A stretch of 63,168 nt of DNA, counting the filler, from Craspedostauros australis (lineage: Eukaryota): NCBI GenBank assembly GCA_030167865.1. It is 10 parts of 10 records of this genome, joined end to end, with 100 filler letters (N's around TTAATTAATTAA, not from the genome) between each part and the next. Parts side by side here need not be neighbours in the genome. Positions count along the whole stretch, not along the records: positions 19,376 to 27,959 come from JALAGF010003806.1; positions 28,060 to 36,265 come from JALAGF010003807.1; positions 36,366 to 40,812 come from JALAGF010003808.1; 7 more parts are not named here. One strand, given 5' to 3'. Under the pieces are notes generated by a model. It was not told where the DNA came from, made no database searches, and saw only the letters and a list, made by a program, of their open reading frames with translations. Both the position numbers and the translations under genes were made by a program. This document shows positions 24,028 through 37,084 of this stretch, one piece after another. Each line of letters begins with the position of its first letter. Within the stretch, counting starts at the first letter, position 1.

Positions 24028-25095
24028 ATGGCGAAGATCACAAACCTTCAATGTTGTGCAGCTGCAAGGCTCGGCAATTTGAATGTGTTGAAAGAGTGGA
24101 AGGCGCAACATCCATGGCTTGGCATTTTCTACGACCCTGTCAGAGCTAAATGTGTCACGGATTCATTAATGGGGGCCTGTCTCTACGGCCATCTGGATTG
24201 CATCAAGTACTTGGTGGAATCGTGCAACGCTTCCTTGACGATTCAACCAAGTTATGGCATCGCCGCACTTCATTCCACATGCTTTCGCGGCAATCTGGAT
24301 TGCATAAAATACTTGGTGGAATCGTGCAGTGCTGACGTCAATATTCAAACTACTCATGGTCACACTCCACTTCATCTGGCATGCAGCAAAGGCCACCTGG
24401 ACTGCGCCAAGTACTTGATGGAGTCGTGCAAGGCTCACTTGAACATTCAAACTGCTCAGGGCGAAACTCCACTTCATCTGGCGTGTTTCGGAGGGCATCT
24501 GGATTGCGTGAAGCACTTGCTGAAATCGGACAACGTCGAAGTTGACATTCAAAGTACCCACGGCCACACTCCAATTCATCTGGCGTGCAACAATGGCCAT
24601 CTAGCTTGTGCGAAGTACTTGGTGGAATCATGTGGCGCCTACTTGAATCTTCCAACTCCCAATGGCATGACTCCACTTCATCTCGTGTGCGCCAAAGGCC
24701 AAACGGGTTGCGCGAAGTATTTGCTCAAATCGTGCAACACTAACGTCAATATTCGAACTATTCATGGTCACACTCCACTTCATCTGGCATGCAAATACGG
24801 CTGTGGGTCTTGCGTGAAGTATCTCGTGGAAGAATGCGGTGCCGACATCACCATTCGAAACAACAGCAACCAAACACCCCTCGATGTAGCGAAGGCTGCG
24901 ATGTCATACCGAACGGAAATCATCAAAGTGCTCACAAGTCGTTGCACTCATCTTCACTCCCAACTACCTGCACCACGACGCAGCAGAGAACACCGTTCCG
25001 TCGCAACAACGTCGACTGCGGCGGTTTCATCAGCATTGCTCAAATCCGAATCAAACCTTTCCAAACCGGCGCCGTCACAGAACTCGCCTCCTTAG
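24028..25095 (+). CDS. Ankyrin-repeat protein, long version (355 aa, 7 internal 34-aa repeats plus caps)
   Basis: Repeated G.TPLHLAC..GHLDC.KYL.ESC.A..NIQ units. The ATG at 24028 corresponds to the start of the second copy. Confidence 0.92.
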   Translation: MAKITNLQCCAAARLGNLNVLKEWKAQHPWLGIFYDPVRAKCVTDSLMGACLYGHLDCIKYLVESCNASLTIQPSYGIAALHSTCFRGNLDCIKYLVESCSADVNIQTTHGHTPLHLACSKGHLDCAKYLMESCKAHLNIQTAQGETPLHLACFGGHLDCVKHLLKSDNVEVDIQSTHGHTPIHLACNNGHLACAKYLVESCGAYLNLPTPNGMTPLHLVCAKGQTGCAKYLLKSCNTNVNIRTIHGHTPLHLACKYGCGSCVKYLVEECGADITIRNNSNQTPLDVAKAAMSYRTEIIKVLTSRCTHLHSQLPAPRRSREHRSVATTSTAAVSSALLKSESNLSKPAPSQNSPP

Positions 25096-26094
25096 TTCGT
25101 ACCAATATGCGGACAACGCAATGGGCAGCAATACACCAAAGCGCACTCGCGTAGCACGGAGACGTCCCCTCGGCGACTGCGGTATCGACCTGATAACTGG
25201 TCGAGTCCGGGACCCAATGCAACTCCCCGGCTTTCATCCAAGATGTATCCCACAAGTTCTCAGATGTAACCATGCGTCATTGTTGTACCTGCGTAGTTCG
25301 CGAAAGCTGCGAAATCATCGGGAGCGGACGAGTGAGAAGAAACGATGGATGAGTAGTTGAAAGGTGGCCAGAGCACGAGTACCCAGAAACATGTACTCGC
25401 ACAACCAGAGTAGAACAGTCACCGTGCGTCCAATAGCAACGCAAGGTCTTTGTGCTATAGTATGCCTGGCCTAGCTACTTGCCCCCACTGATAGGATCCA
25501 GAAGCGGATAAACGGGATGGCTTCTTCGCAATGCACTCATCCCGAACGTGGCCCGTTGTGGGTGAAGTAGATTCTTGCTTCGTTGATGAGGTCTGATTGA
25601 TACCGTACGCCGTATAGACGCATTTGACGACTCAAAATCGTGTTTGCGGGACTGTCTTGTTTGGTCTCTTCATGTTCGTTCACGATGTCGTTGGTCACGT
25701 TTGGCACAGAAGGTATCTTTGGTTCCTCTTGGTTTGGTTTGTTGTTGCGTTGGTCGAGAGCCACTGGTTGATGATGTCGCATGGAGCACATGGAGACGAA
25801 GGCAAGGGTGGACCATCGCAGGGTGTGCGATCCCTCGCATGGAGAGGAGAGGAGTGAAGCGGGATGAGTGCAACACAGTACAGCACAACGCAAAGTGTAG
25901 CACATGTCGATGGAGAGGTGCTTGGCTTGGCCCAGCCATCCAATCGTCACTTGCAGCGGCGAATCGTTGGATCCATTATACGAGCTACTTTCCATCGTTT
26001 GGTTCGTAGAACGAACACGATCATACGTACCGACCAATCCTGTCACGTGTACAGGTGTACATACAGGGGGCAGCATCAGTAACAGCAACGAGAG

Positions 26095-27959
26095 ATGATG
26101 GCGCAGCCTCCGTCATCGAATGGACTCCAACCCGTGTGTCGCCGAACGCCGGATCAGGAGCAGACACAGCAAAATCGACAATTTGATTCAGATCGAGAAT
26201 GTGATCTACGGCAACGTACGAGGACAAGTAGCGAGTCAGAGATGGTGGATTGTGTGATTGTTGGGGCAGGTGCGGCGGGTTTGTCCTGCGCAGTCGAGTT
26301 GTTGAAGCACAGCCCAAGCCTGAAAGTGCTCATCTGGGAGGCACGGGACAGGGTGGGCGGCCGTATTCGCACGACGATCGAAACGAAGTCTCGCTGCGGG
26401 AATGGCACCGATGGTGAGGGCTGCGGTGGTTGCGACGAGGTGGATATTACCATCGACCACGGGGCAGCATGGGTCCATGGCATCGACGATAACGAAGAGG
26501 GCGAAGCCAATCCCATGCTGGAACATCTGGCGTGCGGTCTGCGCACATGTCGCGTAGCACGTCTGCGATTGATGAGGCCAAAGGGGGCGGCGAGAACCAA
26601 CCTTCATGTGGTCGCCATGTCCTGAACGAGCTGCTGAAGTGCAACCCATGGACACGACCACACACCGCGCTGATAGCAGAAGATCAACTCGCTGTGTTTC
26701 AGAACGGGATTCGGTTGGACAATGACACCACCGCCGCCACCGCCGCTGGCAGCACCGTCAGAGGCAGCAAAAGCATTGAGAAAAGTATCCAGCTGCATCA
26801 TTCGATATTGAATGACCTATCCAAGCACGTGCAACGGCAGTACGAAAAGGGAAAGGGCCAAGAACTGGTGCACCAAAGCTTTGAAGATGCTGTCCAGCAA
26901 ATGCGTCATCACGGCTCCACCTCAACTGGCACTGGCGTTGATGACGGCGATGGTGACGATGGTAGTGACGATGGTAGCGACGATGGTAGCGACGGTGAGG
27001 GCCGAGTAGATGGGAGAGCATCTGCTGAATTGGCTGCATTCTACAGGTACTTGATTGGATGTTGGAATGGAATGAGCCCGGCGTCGTTGCAACTTCTTGA
27101 TGGTTGTGTCATCCCTGGGGATCCAGAACACGCAGGAAATGTAAGTGACCGCAGCATGACGAATGAGATTCCTGGTGTTGATCAATCAGCTTCATCCTTG
27201 CCATCATCATCGTCATCATCAGCAGCAGCAGCAGTAGCATCATCCAAGTCCTCGTATCCGTCCACCGTTGACGGCATCTACACGCCGCAAGGTGACTTTC
27301 CTGGACCACATTGCTCCGTCCAGGGTGGGATGATAACCATCATCAAAGGTCTGCTGAGTCAGCTTCCTTCGCGCGGACTGGTCAAGACGAAGCATTCCGT
27401 CACCAGCATCCAGGATCGCTTCTCCCATCTTCGCTTGACGACGAGCGAAGGAGTGACAGTCCGCGCCAAATACTGCGTTTCGACGATGCCGTTGGGTTGC
27501 ATGCAGAGGATATGCTCGGATGCTTCTCGTGCGTTCTTCGATCCACCGCTGCCTGTAGAGAAACAACACGCAATGCTCTCGCTGTGTTCTGGAGCATACA
27601 AAAAGGTGCTACTGACATTCAAGACCATTTGGTGGCCGAGGCATCAGCTCTTTGTTGGTTTGATCAACAGCAAAGGCTGCAAGAGAAAGATGGTTGGAAA
27701 GGTGGGCGTAACGGCAGCACCAACTACAGACAACGCAAAGCCAGCATCCGCAACATCAACGTCATGGCAGCCTGATGGAAATCCGATCGGCGAACATTTG
27801 CTCTTGTACAATCTTTGGGCCCGCCATGGTGTGCCGTGCATCGAAGCAGTGTTATTCGGCGATGCGGGCGAATGGGCAACGCACAAACCAGATGATATGA
27901 TCTGCGACGCGGTGATGTCCTTCCTGCAGAATACGATGGAAGTGGACGGCGTCAGTGTT
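26095..27959 (+). CDS. FAD-dependent amine oxidase (polyamine oxidase/LSD1-like), 3' truncated by contig end, with a frame break near 26532-26557
   Basis: ORF1 has VIVGAGAAGL, EARDRVGGRIRT and DHGAAWVHG. The shifted ORF2 has GDFPGPHCSVQGG, VSTMPLG, FDPPLP and GAYKKVLLTF. Confidence 0.82.
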
Positions 27960-28059
27960 NNNNNNNNNNNNNNNNNNNNNNNNNNNNNNNNNNNNNNNNN
28001 NNNTTAATTAATTAANNNNNNNNNNNNNNNNNNNNNNNNNNNNNNNNNNNNNNNNNNNN

Positions 28060-31000
28060 ATCAATCAGGAAGACTCACGCTTCATCCAATACCATTCAGA
28101 TCGCATTAGAGTACGCGCAGGTAACGCAAGACACAAGATGGAGCCGCTGCATCCTTGTGGCACAAGCGATGCGCAGCCTCGTCGCTACACCCATGCTAGA
28201 TGTCAGTCTCATCGCAAGACTTCATCTCTGTCGCAAAATGCAGGTATCAAGGTAGACGACAGTGGATGCATCCAACAATCCCTCACAAGCGACAGCGACA
28301 GCGCCATCCCGAATGCCAACACCAACATTGTTGACATCATTGCTCTGCACGGGATCAAGCAAGAACCACAAGATAGCAATAGTGATGATGATAGTCATGA
28401 TGACATTGGTTGTGAGAACGAAGAGAACTTGTCGAGCGTCGCAAACCAAATGGAGGTAAGGACACAAGTCAGCAACAAGCGGGGCGTCCACAATGGAGAG
28501 CGCAGCCTGATCCTTGTTGGAGGTCGCACTCCTCTGTGCACGTTTCAAGGAACCTGTGTCTACTTCCTCGACGTAGATTCCATCAGACCAGCACCAACTT
28601 ACCCCACGCACTTTGTTTGTTCGTTCATTTGTTCATTTCTCAACTCGGCGCAATCGGCGCTAACGCCTTCATCTCGCCGCGCGAATACACAGCGTCCTGT
28701 TGGCAAAAGCATACATGCAAGCAACATCCGCAACATGGCGTTGATCGCAAAGCGACAACCATCGAACCAAGACGGAATTGGTCTCCGCCTTACTCCATGG
28801 ACTGCTCTGGCCACACACACAACCGCAGGAGCAATCGCCGGTGGGGAACAAGCCAAACGCACCAACAATATCAAGAGGAGCAATGGCAACGCCGGTCCTA
28901 CTCGTATTCCTGACGAAGCCAACGTCGCCGCTGCAATCAAACAGGAAGAAACCGAGCAAAAGACCCCTTCTCAACTGTTGCGATTCTTGCGAGCGTCGTC
29001 TTCGAGACGTGGACGAAAGGTCATCGAACCGACTTCCTCGCACCATCCAGCCCGATCGCAACTCAAATGCCCACCGCCACCACATCTCTCACAGCCATCG
29101 CCGGCGCCTGCCCGAAGCAACAACAACCGTGGAACAAACCACCGGATTTCACGGCGGGTGAGCAGGTCCATGGAACGGCAGCGAAGGCGCGCGTTGGAGC
29201 TCCTTCCTCGGAAGCAATATCTTTCCTCTGTTCTCATGCAAGATGATCAGCATCCGCTGGTCGTCACAGAGGCCCCTGAAATTGCTCCCATCTCCCATGG
29301 CCACTCCAAAAGCAGCGTAGCTACTACTCGTAGCAACATCGACTCAACCAACGACCAACCTCAGAGTGCTCTTGAATTATTGTCAGCCTCAAAAGCAAAG
29401 TCAACAGCAAAGACCAAGGCACGATCCACGTTCAAGTCGGAGAACAAGAATCGCCGTACACCATTACTCTCTCGCACAGCAGGGCGATCTCGACGTCTCA
29501 TTCCCTTTCCGCAACGTGTGCACCGCATGCTATGTGACCTTGATTCATCATCGCAAGACGACGGTCCCTTCGAATGGACACCCGATGGCATTGCCTTTAC
29601 ATATGATCAGAACCACCCGGATATGCCGACGACCCTGTCCCGATACTTTGCACGTGAGTAGTCGCTACGGGCCCAACCCAAAGTGTCCGTCTCCCAATGT
29701 GTGTCATGCCATCATTCGTTCCCGACTTGTCCCGGCGTTCTGTTGTGGCGGAGGTGTCCTTCGTTGCACGCCATCACGCGCGCTCTCACCGAATCGTCTT
29801 TCGATTGTCCGGATCTATTCTTACCCTTGCAACCTTGGATGTTTCGTCTACTTACCTACGCACTGGTGTACTTGTAATGGTAGACGACAAGATATCATCG
29901 TTTCGTAGGCTCTTGAATGCACATGGCTGGCGCACAAGGTCCAACAAGTAAGTAGAGAAACAGAGTGTGACATTCACATGTACACCACTGCATGTCTCGC
30001 ATGACGCGGCTTCGACAGTCATCTTGTTTCAGTGCCCGTCCGTATCTTCATATCTGCTCAGTCGATGCTCTCAAAGAGCCCCTCAACATCCCCGCACACT
30101 ATGCATCCTACTCTGATCCGCTCTGCTATGATTTGGCCCACTGTCCTTCTATTTCCTAATACAATCACTTCTATTGATCCTCCCTACATCTTCGCCATAC
30201 TCCCATTCGGCCATCAAGACTCCGAACATGCGTCTACCATCCACTCTTCCATCGGGATCTCGACAAGTGCACCTTGGAGGCTATCACACGCAAGACACGA
30301 TCGAAGTACAGATACATACCGCTGCCGAATATCGAACCGGCAAGCGCAAAGCATGCGCAGACCCAAGGAGATCAACAGTCGCCAGTCCAACATGGAGGAG
30401 AGATATCAGACTCGAAAAATGCAAAGACAAGCACAGCGACGGAGACGGAGACAAAGACGACAACAACAACTGCAGACGCAGCATCAAACAACAAGACAGC
30501 AAACATCCATCGCATAGACTTTGCGCCCCGACAGTATGGCCAAGCAGTGGCGATCCAACTTGTCCGCCGGCCTCACGTCATGCTGATGAGAGCGCATCCA
30601 TCTCAAAACATCCGCCGCAATGGGGCCACCACCATCTCACAAGACGGCCCACACGCCGAATCTCTCACACTCAGCCACTCGTCTACCGTCGCGGGCGGCA
30701 GCCGTATGCAAATGATCAATCCACGATCTGCGCCAGATGGGTCTGGGATAAGCGCCATCCCCAATGAAACTGCTGCCTGGGCGTGTCGCAGTTTTCTCAG
30801 TAACCAGGATCAGCCTCCTGCCACAGAGATGCTGCGGGAGCCGTTGGGATCGCTTGCTTTGGCGCGGCACTTGGACTTTAAGTCTATTGCAACGGGTGTA
30901 TCCAAGTGGTACGATGAGCCGCAGCAGACGTCACCGGGGCGCCCGTCTTGTGTTCCGTGGGAGCCTCCCCACAATAACGCTGTCGGATGGACGACGCCAC

Positions 31001-31305
31001 ATCACAACACGCCTCTATCACCACGTTGGGGCAATCAAGAACTTCCCTCTCGGCGCAGCCATCGCCTTGATAGCCGCGCCGCAGCTGCTCTGACCGATGA
31101 AAAAGATGAGATTGCAGCATCCGTCGGTCCACCACTCCGATTACCGTCCCCACATTCTCGTCACAGGCAGTCCGATGAGCATAACTCAGATCCACTGAAG
31201 ATGACAGTGCGGAACCCTTTGCTGGATATGTGCTTCTCGCCAATCCAAACTGCTTCCATCACCCCGTCCAGTCCATCTCCGAACCATACGAGTCCGATGG
31301 AATGA
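28060..31305 (+). CDS. HSF-type transcription factor, copy B' (5' partial)
   Basis: Identical ORF translations to copy B at offset 8684. Confidence 0.8.
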
Positions 31306-32741
31306 TCGCCAAAGAACGACATACACTCTGAGCAGACATGCCATACCATGCAAACATGCACATCCATCTTCATATTCATATTCATAAACCAAACAATCCT
31401 CCCCCAAGACTACACATTGGAAAGAGTTTCTTCTGGCGATGCGTGTCATCGCAGAGTACACTAGGTAGTGTACCACTACGAGCATTCTGTTACTCCTTGA
31501 CCTCCGTCGACGTTGATTGTTTCCAAATCCACGCTGTGCCTCTTGGGATCACAACCGTTGGAACAAAAGCAAACTCGCAGCCTCGACGAACCTCTCGGAA
31601 GAGCGTGAAGACGAAGACGCATGCAAGAGCGCTATCAAAGATGGAGATCGAAGAGAGGGCGAATGATACCAACTGCGTTCACGTCCATCTCCTGTTGCGA
31701 TGAATACGAGTGGATGAATGAATGAATGAATCCAATAGCAGAGGGAGAGGGAGAGCGACGGGGATGAGACGCGTCAGCAAATGAGCGAACACCAACTGTA
31801 CCATGAGAGGGGACGAATTACTCTCTTGATCATGCAGCAGTTTCGCCAACAATGATGACACTTGCTCTTCTTTGATACATGTGTAAGTATACTTCATAGA
31901 ACACTACGAGGCTGCCAAGATAGAGCCGTTGGCCTATTCAATGGATCTGCGCGAGGGTGAATCGTATCAGACGCAACGGTCACGCCTTTGGATTCCAGAT
32001 GTCTCGTGGGATCACATCAACCAAACAACAACGGAAGAACGTGGGAACTCCGCGCCAAGGTATTGCGGGAACAGGGAGTATCGAGGTTGGATCGAAACCG
32101 ACTGATCGTGGAAACTCTCCATCACGAAAACCAAAGTGCCGTGGAACCTAAAGCATGGCAAGTCAGAGCATGCAGTATCAAGCGTTCTGGGCAGGGGAGG
32201 AGTAGATTCGCAATCAGCTCACATAAATTCGATCTCACACTTCAGAATCATTTCCACCTGACGCGTACGTACGCCAGGACACACATAAGCACAACTGGGC
32301 AATCCATCCATCCATCCATCCAGTGAGTGGTGACAGAGATAGCCGCGGAGCAACTTGTGCACATGAACTTCTTTGCGTCTATGCTTGTAATCAGGCTTTC
32401 GCTTGCGTCGCACTTGCGATTGAACATGCGATTGAACATACGATTGCATCTGCCGTGTGTCGATACCATGCAATTCGAATTCTTCCAACAACTCCAACTC
32501 GCTCATCATTGCATCATTTTTGTGAATGGTTCATTTTCCGCTTTCATGCTCGTTTGCCTGCATTCCCTGCTGTTTATTTCTGCCGCTTCCCTATGATTGA
32601 ACGGCATTGGCCGGCATATACACGTGAAATGCAATTGGCATACATACGTATAGAGCTGCGAGCACACCCAATCCTGAGCAATCAGCACCCAAAACTCAAC
32701 AGGGAACTGCCAACAATCTTCCGAGAGCCGGTGATTTCATT

Positions 32742-33401
32742 ATGGCGAAGATCAAAGACGTTCAACTTTGTGGAGCTGCAAAGGACGGTAATCTGAGTAT
32801 GCTGAAGAAATGGAAGGAGCAAAATCCAGGACTTGAAAATAACGGCAACACTCTCCCAGACACTCGTGTGAATGGTGCATTTGTCTGGGCATGCATCAGT
32901 GGCCATCTGGATTGCATCAAGTACTTGGTGGAATCATGCCAGGCTCCCTTGAACGTTCAAACAACACATGGCCACACTCCACTTCATCTCGTGTGCGCCA
33001 AAGGCCAAATGGATTGTGTGAAATACTTGGTTGAATCACACAACGCCGAAGTCAATATTCGAACTATTCATGGTCACACTCCACTTCATCTGGCATGCAA
33101 ATACAACCATGGGTTTTGCGTGAAGTATCTCGTGGAAGAATGCGATGCCGATATCACCATTCGAAACAACAGCAACCAAACACCCCTCGATGTGGCGGAA
33201 GCTGCGATGACATACCGAACGGAAATCATCGAAGTGCTCACAAGTCGTTGCACTCATCTTCACTCCCAACTACCTGCACCACGACGCAGCAAAAAACACC
33301 ATTCCGTCGCAACAACGTCGACTGCGGCGGTTTCATCAGCATTGCTCAAATCCGAATCAAACCTTTCCAAACCGGCGCCGTCACAGAACTCGCCTCCTTA
33401 G
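32742..33401 (+). CDS. Ankyrin-repeat protein, short version (219 aa, 3 internal repeats plus caps)
   Basis: GHTPLHL repeats. Same C-terminal tail and same position as 24028-25095. Confidence 0.92.
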   Translation: MAKIKDVQLCGAAKDGNLSMLKKWKEQNPGLENNGNTLPDTRVNGAFVWACISGHLDCIKYLVESCQAPLNVQTTHGHTPLHLVCAKGQMDCVKYLVESHNAEVNIRTIHGHTPLHLACKYNHGFCVKYLVEECDADITIRNNSNQTPLDVAEAAMTYRTEIIEVLTSRCTHLHSQLPAPRRSKKHHSVATTSTAAVSSALLKSESNLSKPAPSQNSPP

Positions 33402-34400
33402 TTCGTACCAATATGCGGACAACGCAATGGGCAGCAATACACCAAAGCGCACTCGCGTAGCACGGAGACGTCCCCTCGGCGACTGCGGTATCGACCTGAT
33501 AACTGGTCGAGTCCGGGACCCAATGCAACTCCCCGGCTTTCATCCAAGATGTATCCCACAAGTTCTCAGATGTAACCATGCGTCATTGTTGTACCTGCGT
33601 AGTTCGCGAAAGCTGCGAAATCATCGGGAGCGGACGAGTGAGAAGAAACGATGGATGAGTAGTTGAAAGGTGGCCAGAGCACGAGTACCCAGAAACATGT
33701 ACTCGCACAACCAGAGTAGAACAGTCACCGTGCGTCCAATAGCAACGCAAGGTCTTTGTGCTATAGTATGCCTGGCCTAGCTACTTGCCCCCACTGATAG
33801 GATCCAGAAGCGGATAAACGGGATGGCTTCTTCGCAATGCACTCATCCCGAACGTGGCCCGTTGTGGGTGAAGTAGATTCTTGCTTCGTTGATGAGGTCT
33901 GATTGATACCGTACGCCGTATAGACGCATTTGACGACTCAAAATCGTGTTTGCGGGACTGTCTTGTTTGGTCTCTTCATGTTCGTTCACGATGTCGTTGG
34001 TCACGTTTGGCACAGAAGGTATCTTTGGTTCCTCTTGGTTTGGTTTGTTGTTGCGTTGGTCGAGAGCCACTGGTTGATGATGTCGCATGGAGCACATGGA
34101 GACGAAGGCAAGGGTGGACCATCGCAGGGTGTGCGATCCCTCGCATGGAGAGGAGAGGAGTGAAGCGGGATGAGTGCAACACAGTACAGCACAACGCAAA
34201 GTGTAGCACATGTCGATGGAGAGGTGCTTGGCTTGGCCCAGCCATCCAATCGTCACTTGCAGCGGCGAATCGTTGGATCCATTATACGAGCTACTTTCCA
34301 TCGTTTGGTTCGTAGAACGAACACGATCATACGTACCGACCAATCCTGTCACGTGTACAGGTGTACATACAGGGGGCAGCATCAGTAACAGCAACGAGAG

Positions 34401-36265
34401 ATGATGGCGCAGCCTCCGTCATCGAATGGACTCCAACCCGTGTGTCGCCGAACGCCGGATCAGGAGCAGACACAGCAAAATCGACAATTTGATTCAGATC
34501 GAGAATGTGATCTACGGCAACGTACGAGGACAAGTAGCGAGTCAGAGATGGTGGATTGTGTGATTGTTGGGGCAGGTGCGGCGGGTTTGTCCTGCGCAGT
34601 CGAGTTGTTGAAGCACAGCCCAAGCCTGAAAGTGCTCATCTGGGAGGCACGGGACAGGGTGGGCGGCCGTATTCGCACGACGATCGAAACGAAGTCTCGC
34701 TGCGGGAATGGCACCGATGGTGAGGGCTGCGGTGGTTGCGACGAGGTGGATATTACCATCGACCACGGGGCAGCATGGGTCCATGGCATCGACGATAACG
34801 AAGAGGGCGAAGCCAATCCCATGCTGGAACATCTGGCGTGCGGTCTGCGCACATGTCGCGTAGCACGTCTGCGATTGATGAGGCCAAAGGGGGCGGCGAG
34901 AACCAACCTTCATGTGGTCGCCATGTCCTGAACGAGCTGCTGAAGTGCAACCCATGGACACGACCACACACCGCGCTGATAGCAGAAGATCAACTCGCTG
35001 TGTTTCAGAACGGGATTCGGTTGGACAATGACACCACCGCCGCCACCGCCGCTGGCAGCACCGTCAGAGGCAGCAAAAGCATTGAGAAAAGTATCCAGCT
35101 GCATCATTCGATATTGAATGACCTATCCAAGCACGTGCAACGGCAGTACGAAAAGGGAAAGGGCCAAGAACTGGTGCACCAAAGCTTTGAAGATGCTGTC
35201 CAGCAAATGCGTCATCACGGCTCCACCTCAACTGGCACTGGCGTTGATGACGGCGATGGTGACGATGGTAGTGACGATGGTAGCGACGATGGTAGCGACG
35301 GTGAGGGCCGAGTAGATGGGAGAGCATCTGCTGAATTGGCTGCATTCTACAGGTACTTGATTGGATGTTGGAATGGAATGAGCCCGGCGTCGTTGCAACT
35401 TCTTGATGGTTGTGTCATCCCTGGGGATCCAGAACACGCAGGAAATGTAAGTGACCGCAGCATGACGAATGAGATTCCTGGTGTTGATCAATCAGCTTCA
35501 TCCTTGCCATCATCATCGTCATCATCAGCAGCAGCAGCAGTAGCATCATCCAAGTCCTCGTATCCGTCCACCGTTGACGGCATCTACACGCCGCAAGGTG
35601 ACTTTCCTGGACCACATTGCTCCGTCCAGGGTGGGATGATAACCATCATCAAAGGTCTGCTGAGTCAGCTTCCTTCGCGCGGACTGGTCAAGACGAAGCA
35701 TTCCGTCACCAGCATCCAGGATCGCTTCTCCCATCTTCGCTTGACGACGAGCGAAGGAGTGACAGTCCGCGCCAAATACTGCGTTTCGACGATGCCGTTG
35801 GGTTGCATGCAGAGGATATGCTCGGATGCTTCTCGTGCGTTCTTCGATCCACCGCTGCCTGTAGAGAAACAACACGCAATGCTCTCGCTGTGTTCTGGAG
35901 CATACAAAAAGGTGCTACTGACATTCAAGACCATTTGGTGGCCGAGGCATCAGCTCTTTGTTGGTTTGATCAACAGCAAAGGCTGCAAGAGAAAGATGGT
36001 TGGAAAGGTGGGCGTAACGGCAGCACCAACTACAGACAACGCAAAGCCAGCATCCGCAACATCAACGTCATGGCAGCCTGATGGAAATCCGATCGGCGAA
36101 CATTTGCTCTTGTACAATCTTTGGGCCCGCCATGGTGTGCCGTGCATCGAAGCAGTGTTATTCGGCGATGCGGGCGAATGGGCAACGCACAAACCAGATG
36201 ATATGATCTGCGACGCGGTGATGTCCTTCCTGCAGAATACGATGGAAGTGGACGGCGTCAGTGTT
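34401..36265 (+). CDS. FAD-dependent amine oxidase, second copy, 3' truncated
   Basis: Identical translations to 26095-27959, including the frame break. Confidence 0.82.
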
Positions 36266-36365
36266 NNNNNNNNNNNNNNNNNNNNNNNNNNNNNNNNNNN
36301 NNNNNNNNNTTAATTAATTAANNNNNNNNNNNNNNNNNNNNNNNNNNNNNNNNNNNNNNNNNNNN

Positions 36366-37045
36366 CTCATCGCAAACGACGAGCCGATGTCCATGCCCAT
36401 CAACGAAAATGTGGTCGGCATCAAAATTGTGACCAACACGAAATTCGTGGCCATCACCGAAATCGCGAACAACAACAAAATGTGACCATCGGAAACTACG
36501 CGATGATGCGCGACGGCAAAGCAATCAAACAGGATGTCAGCGTCAACGAAATGACAATGACCGGAGTGGACGCCGACGAGGAGATTGACAGCACTATCCA
36601 TGAGCTGGTACAATATCTCACCCTAATTTGGAGCTACTTCGACAGAAAGACTGAAGAGGCGTCACGTCAGGGCATGAACAACGCATGGTATCCGTTGCGC
36701 TCGAAGCGCGGCCCATTGAATGCATGGTGCATGGACTGCCAAGAAACTGCAGTCCTCACCCAGATTCCGGACGGCCCAAGAGGAGCAATCCCACGGACCA
36801 AAGCGGAAAGGGAGGAGCGCAGAGGACTGCTCATGAACGCAGGTCCGATCTGCCTCTTATGTCGATACTCGTTGAGCAACATGATGTCTGCCAACGATGT
36901 GCGCTTCGAGGTCTCGAGGATCTGCTACGATGCGATCGACGACTTCGAAAGTCGACTATGCAGATGCGCATACCCACACGCGTTGCACTACAGAATGCAT
37001 GAGATTGGCGTGCGGAGTGCACTCGACGTGGCTCGCAACGTGCAC
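36366..37045. repeat. 680-bp segment present in inverted orientation at 40913-41592 (contig overlap)
   Basis: The same ORFs (MTIGNYAMM..) appear on opposite strands, and the segment ends coincide with gaps. Confidence 0.9.
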
Positions 37046-37084
37046 NNNNNNNNNNNNNNNNNNNNNNNNNNNNNNNNNNNNNNN

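Larger units (their letters stand above)
19376..36265. repeat. Contig pair B (19376-27959) / B' (28060-36265): direct copies whose first ~4 kb is the reverse complement of A/A'
   Basis: Same termini. Offset is 8684 before and 8306 after the divergent ankyrin block. Confidence 0.9.
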
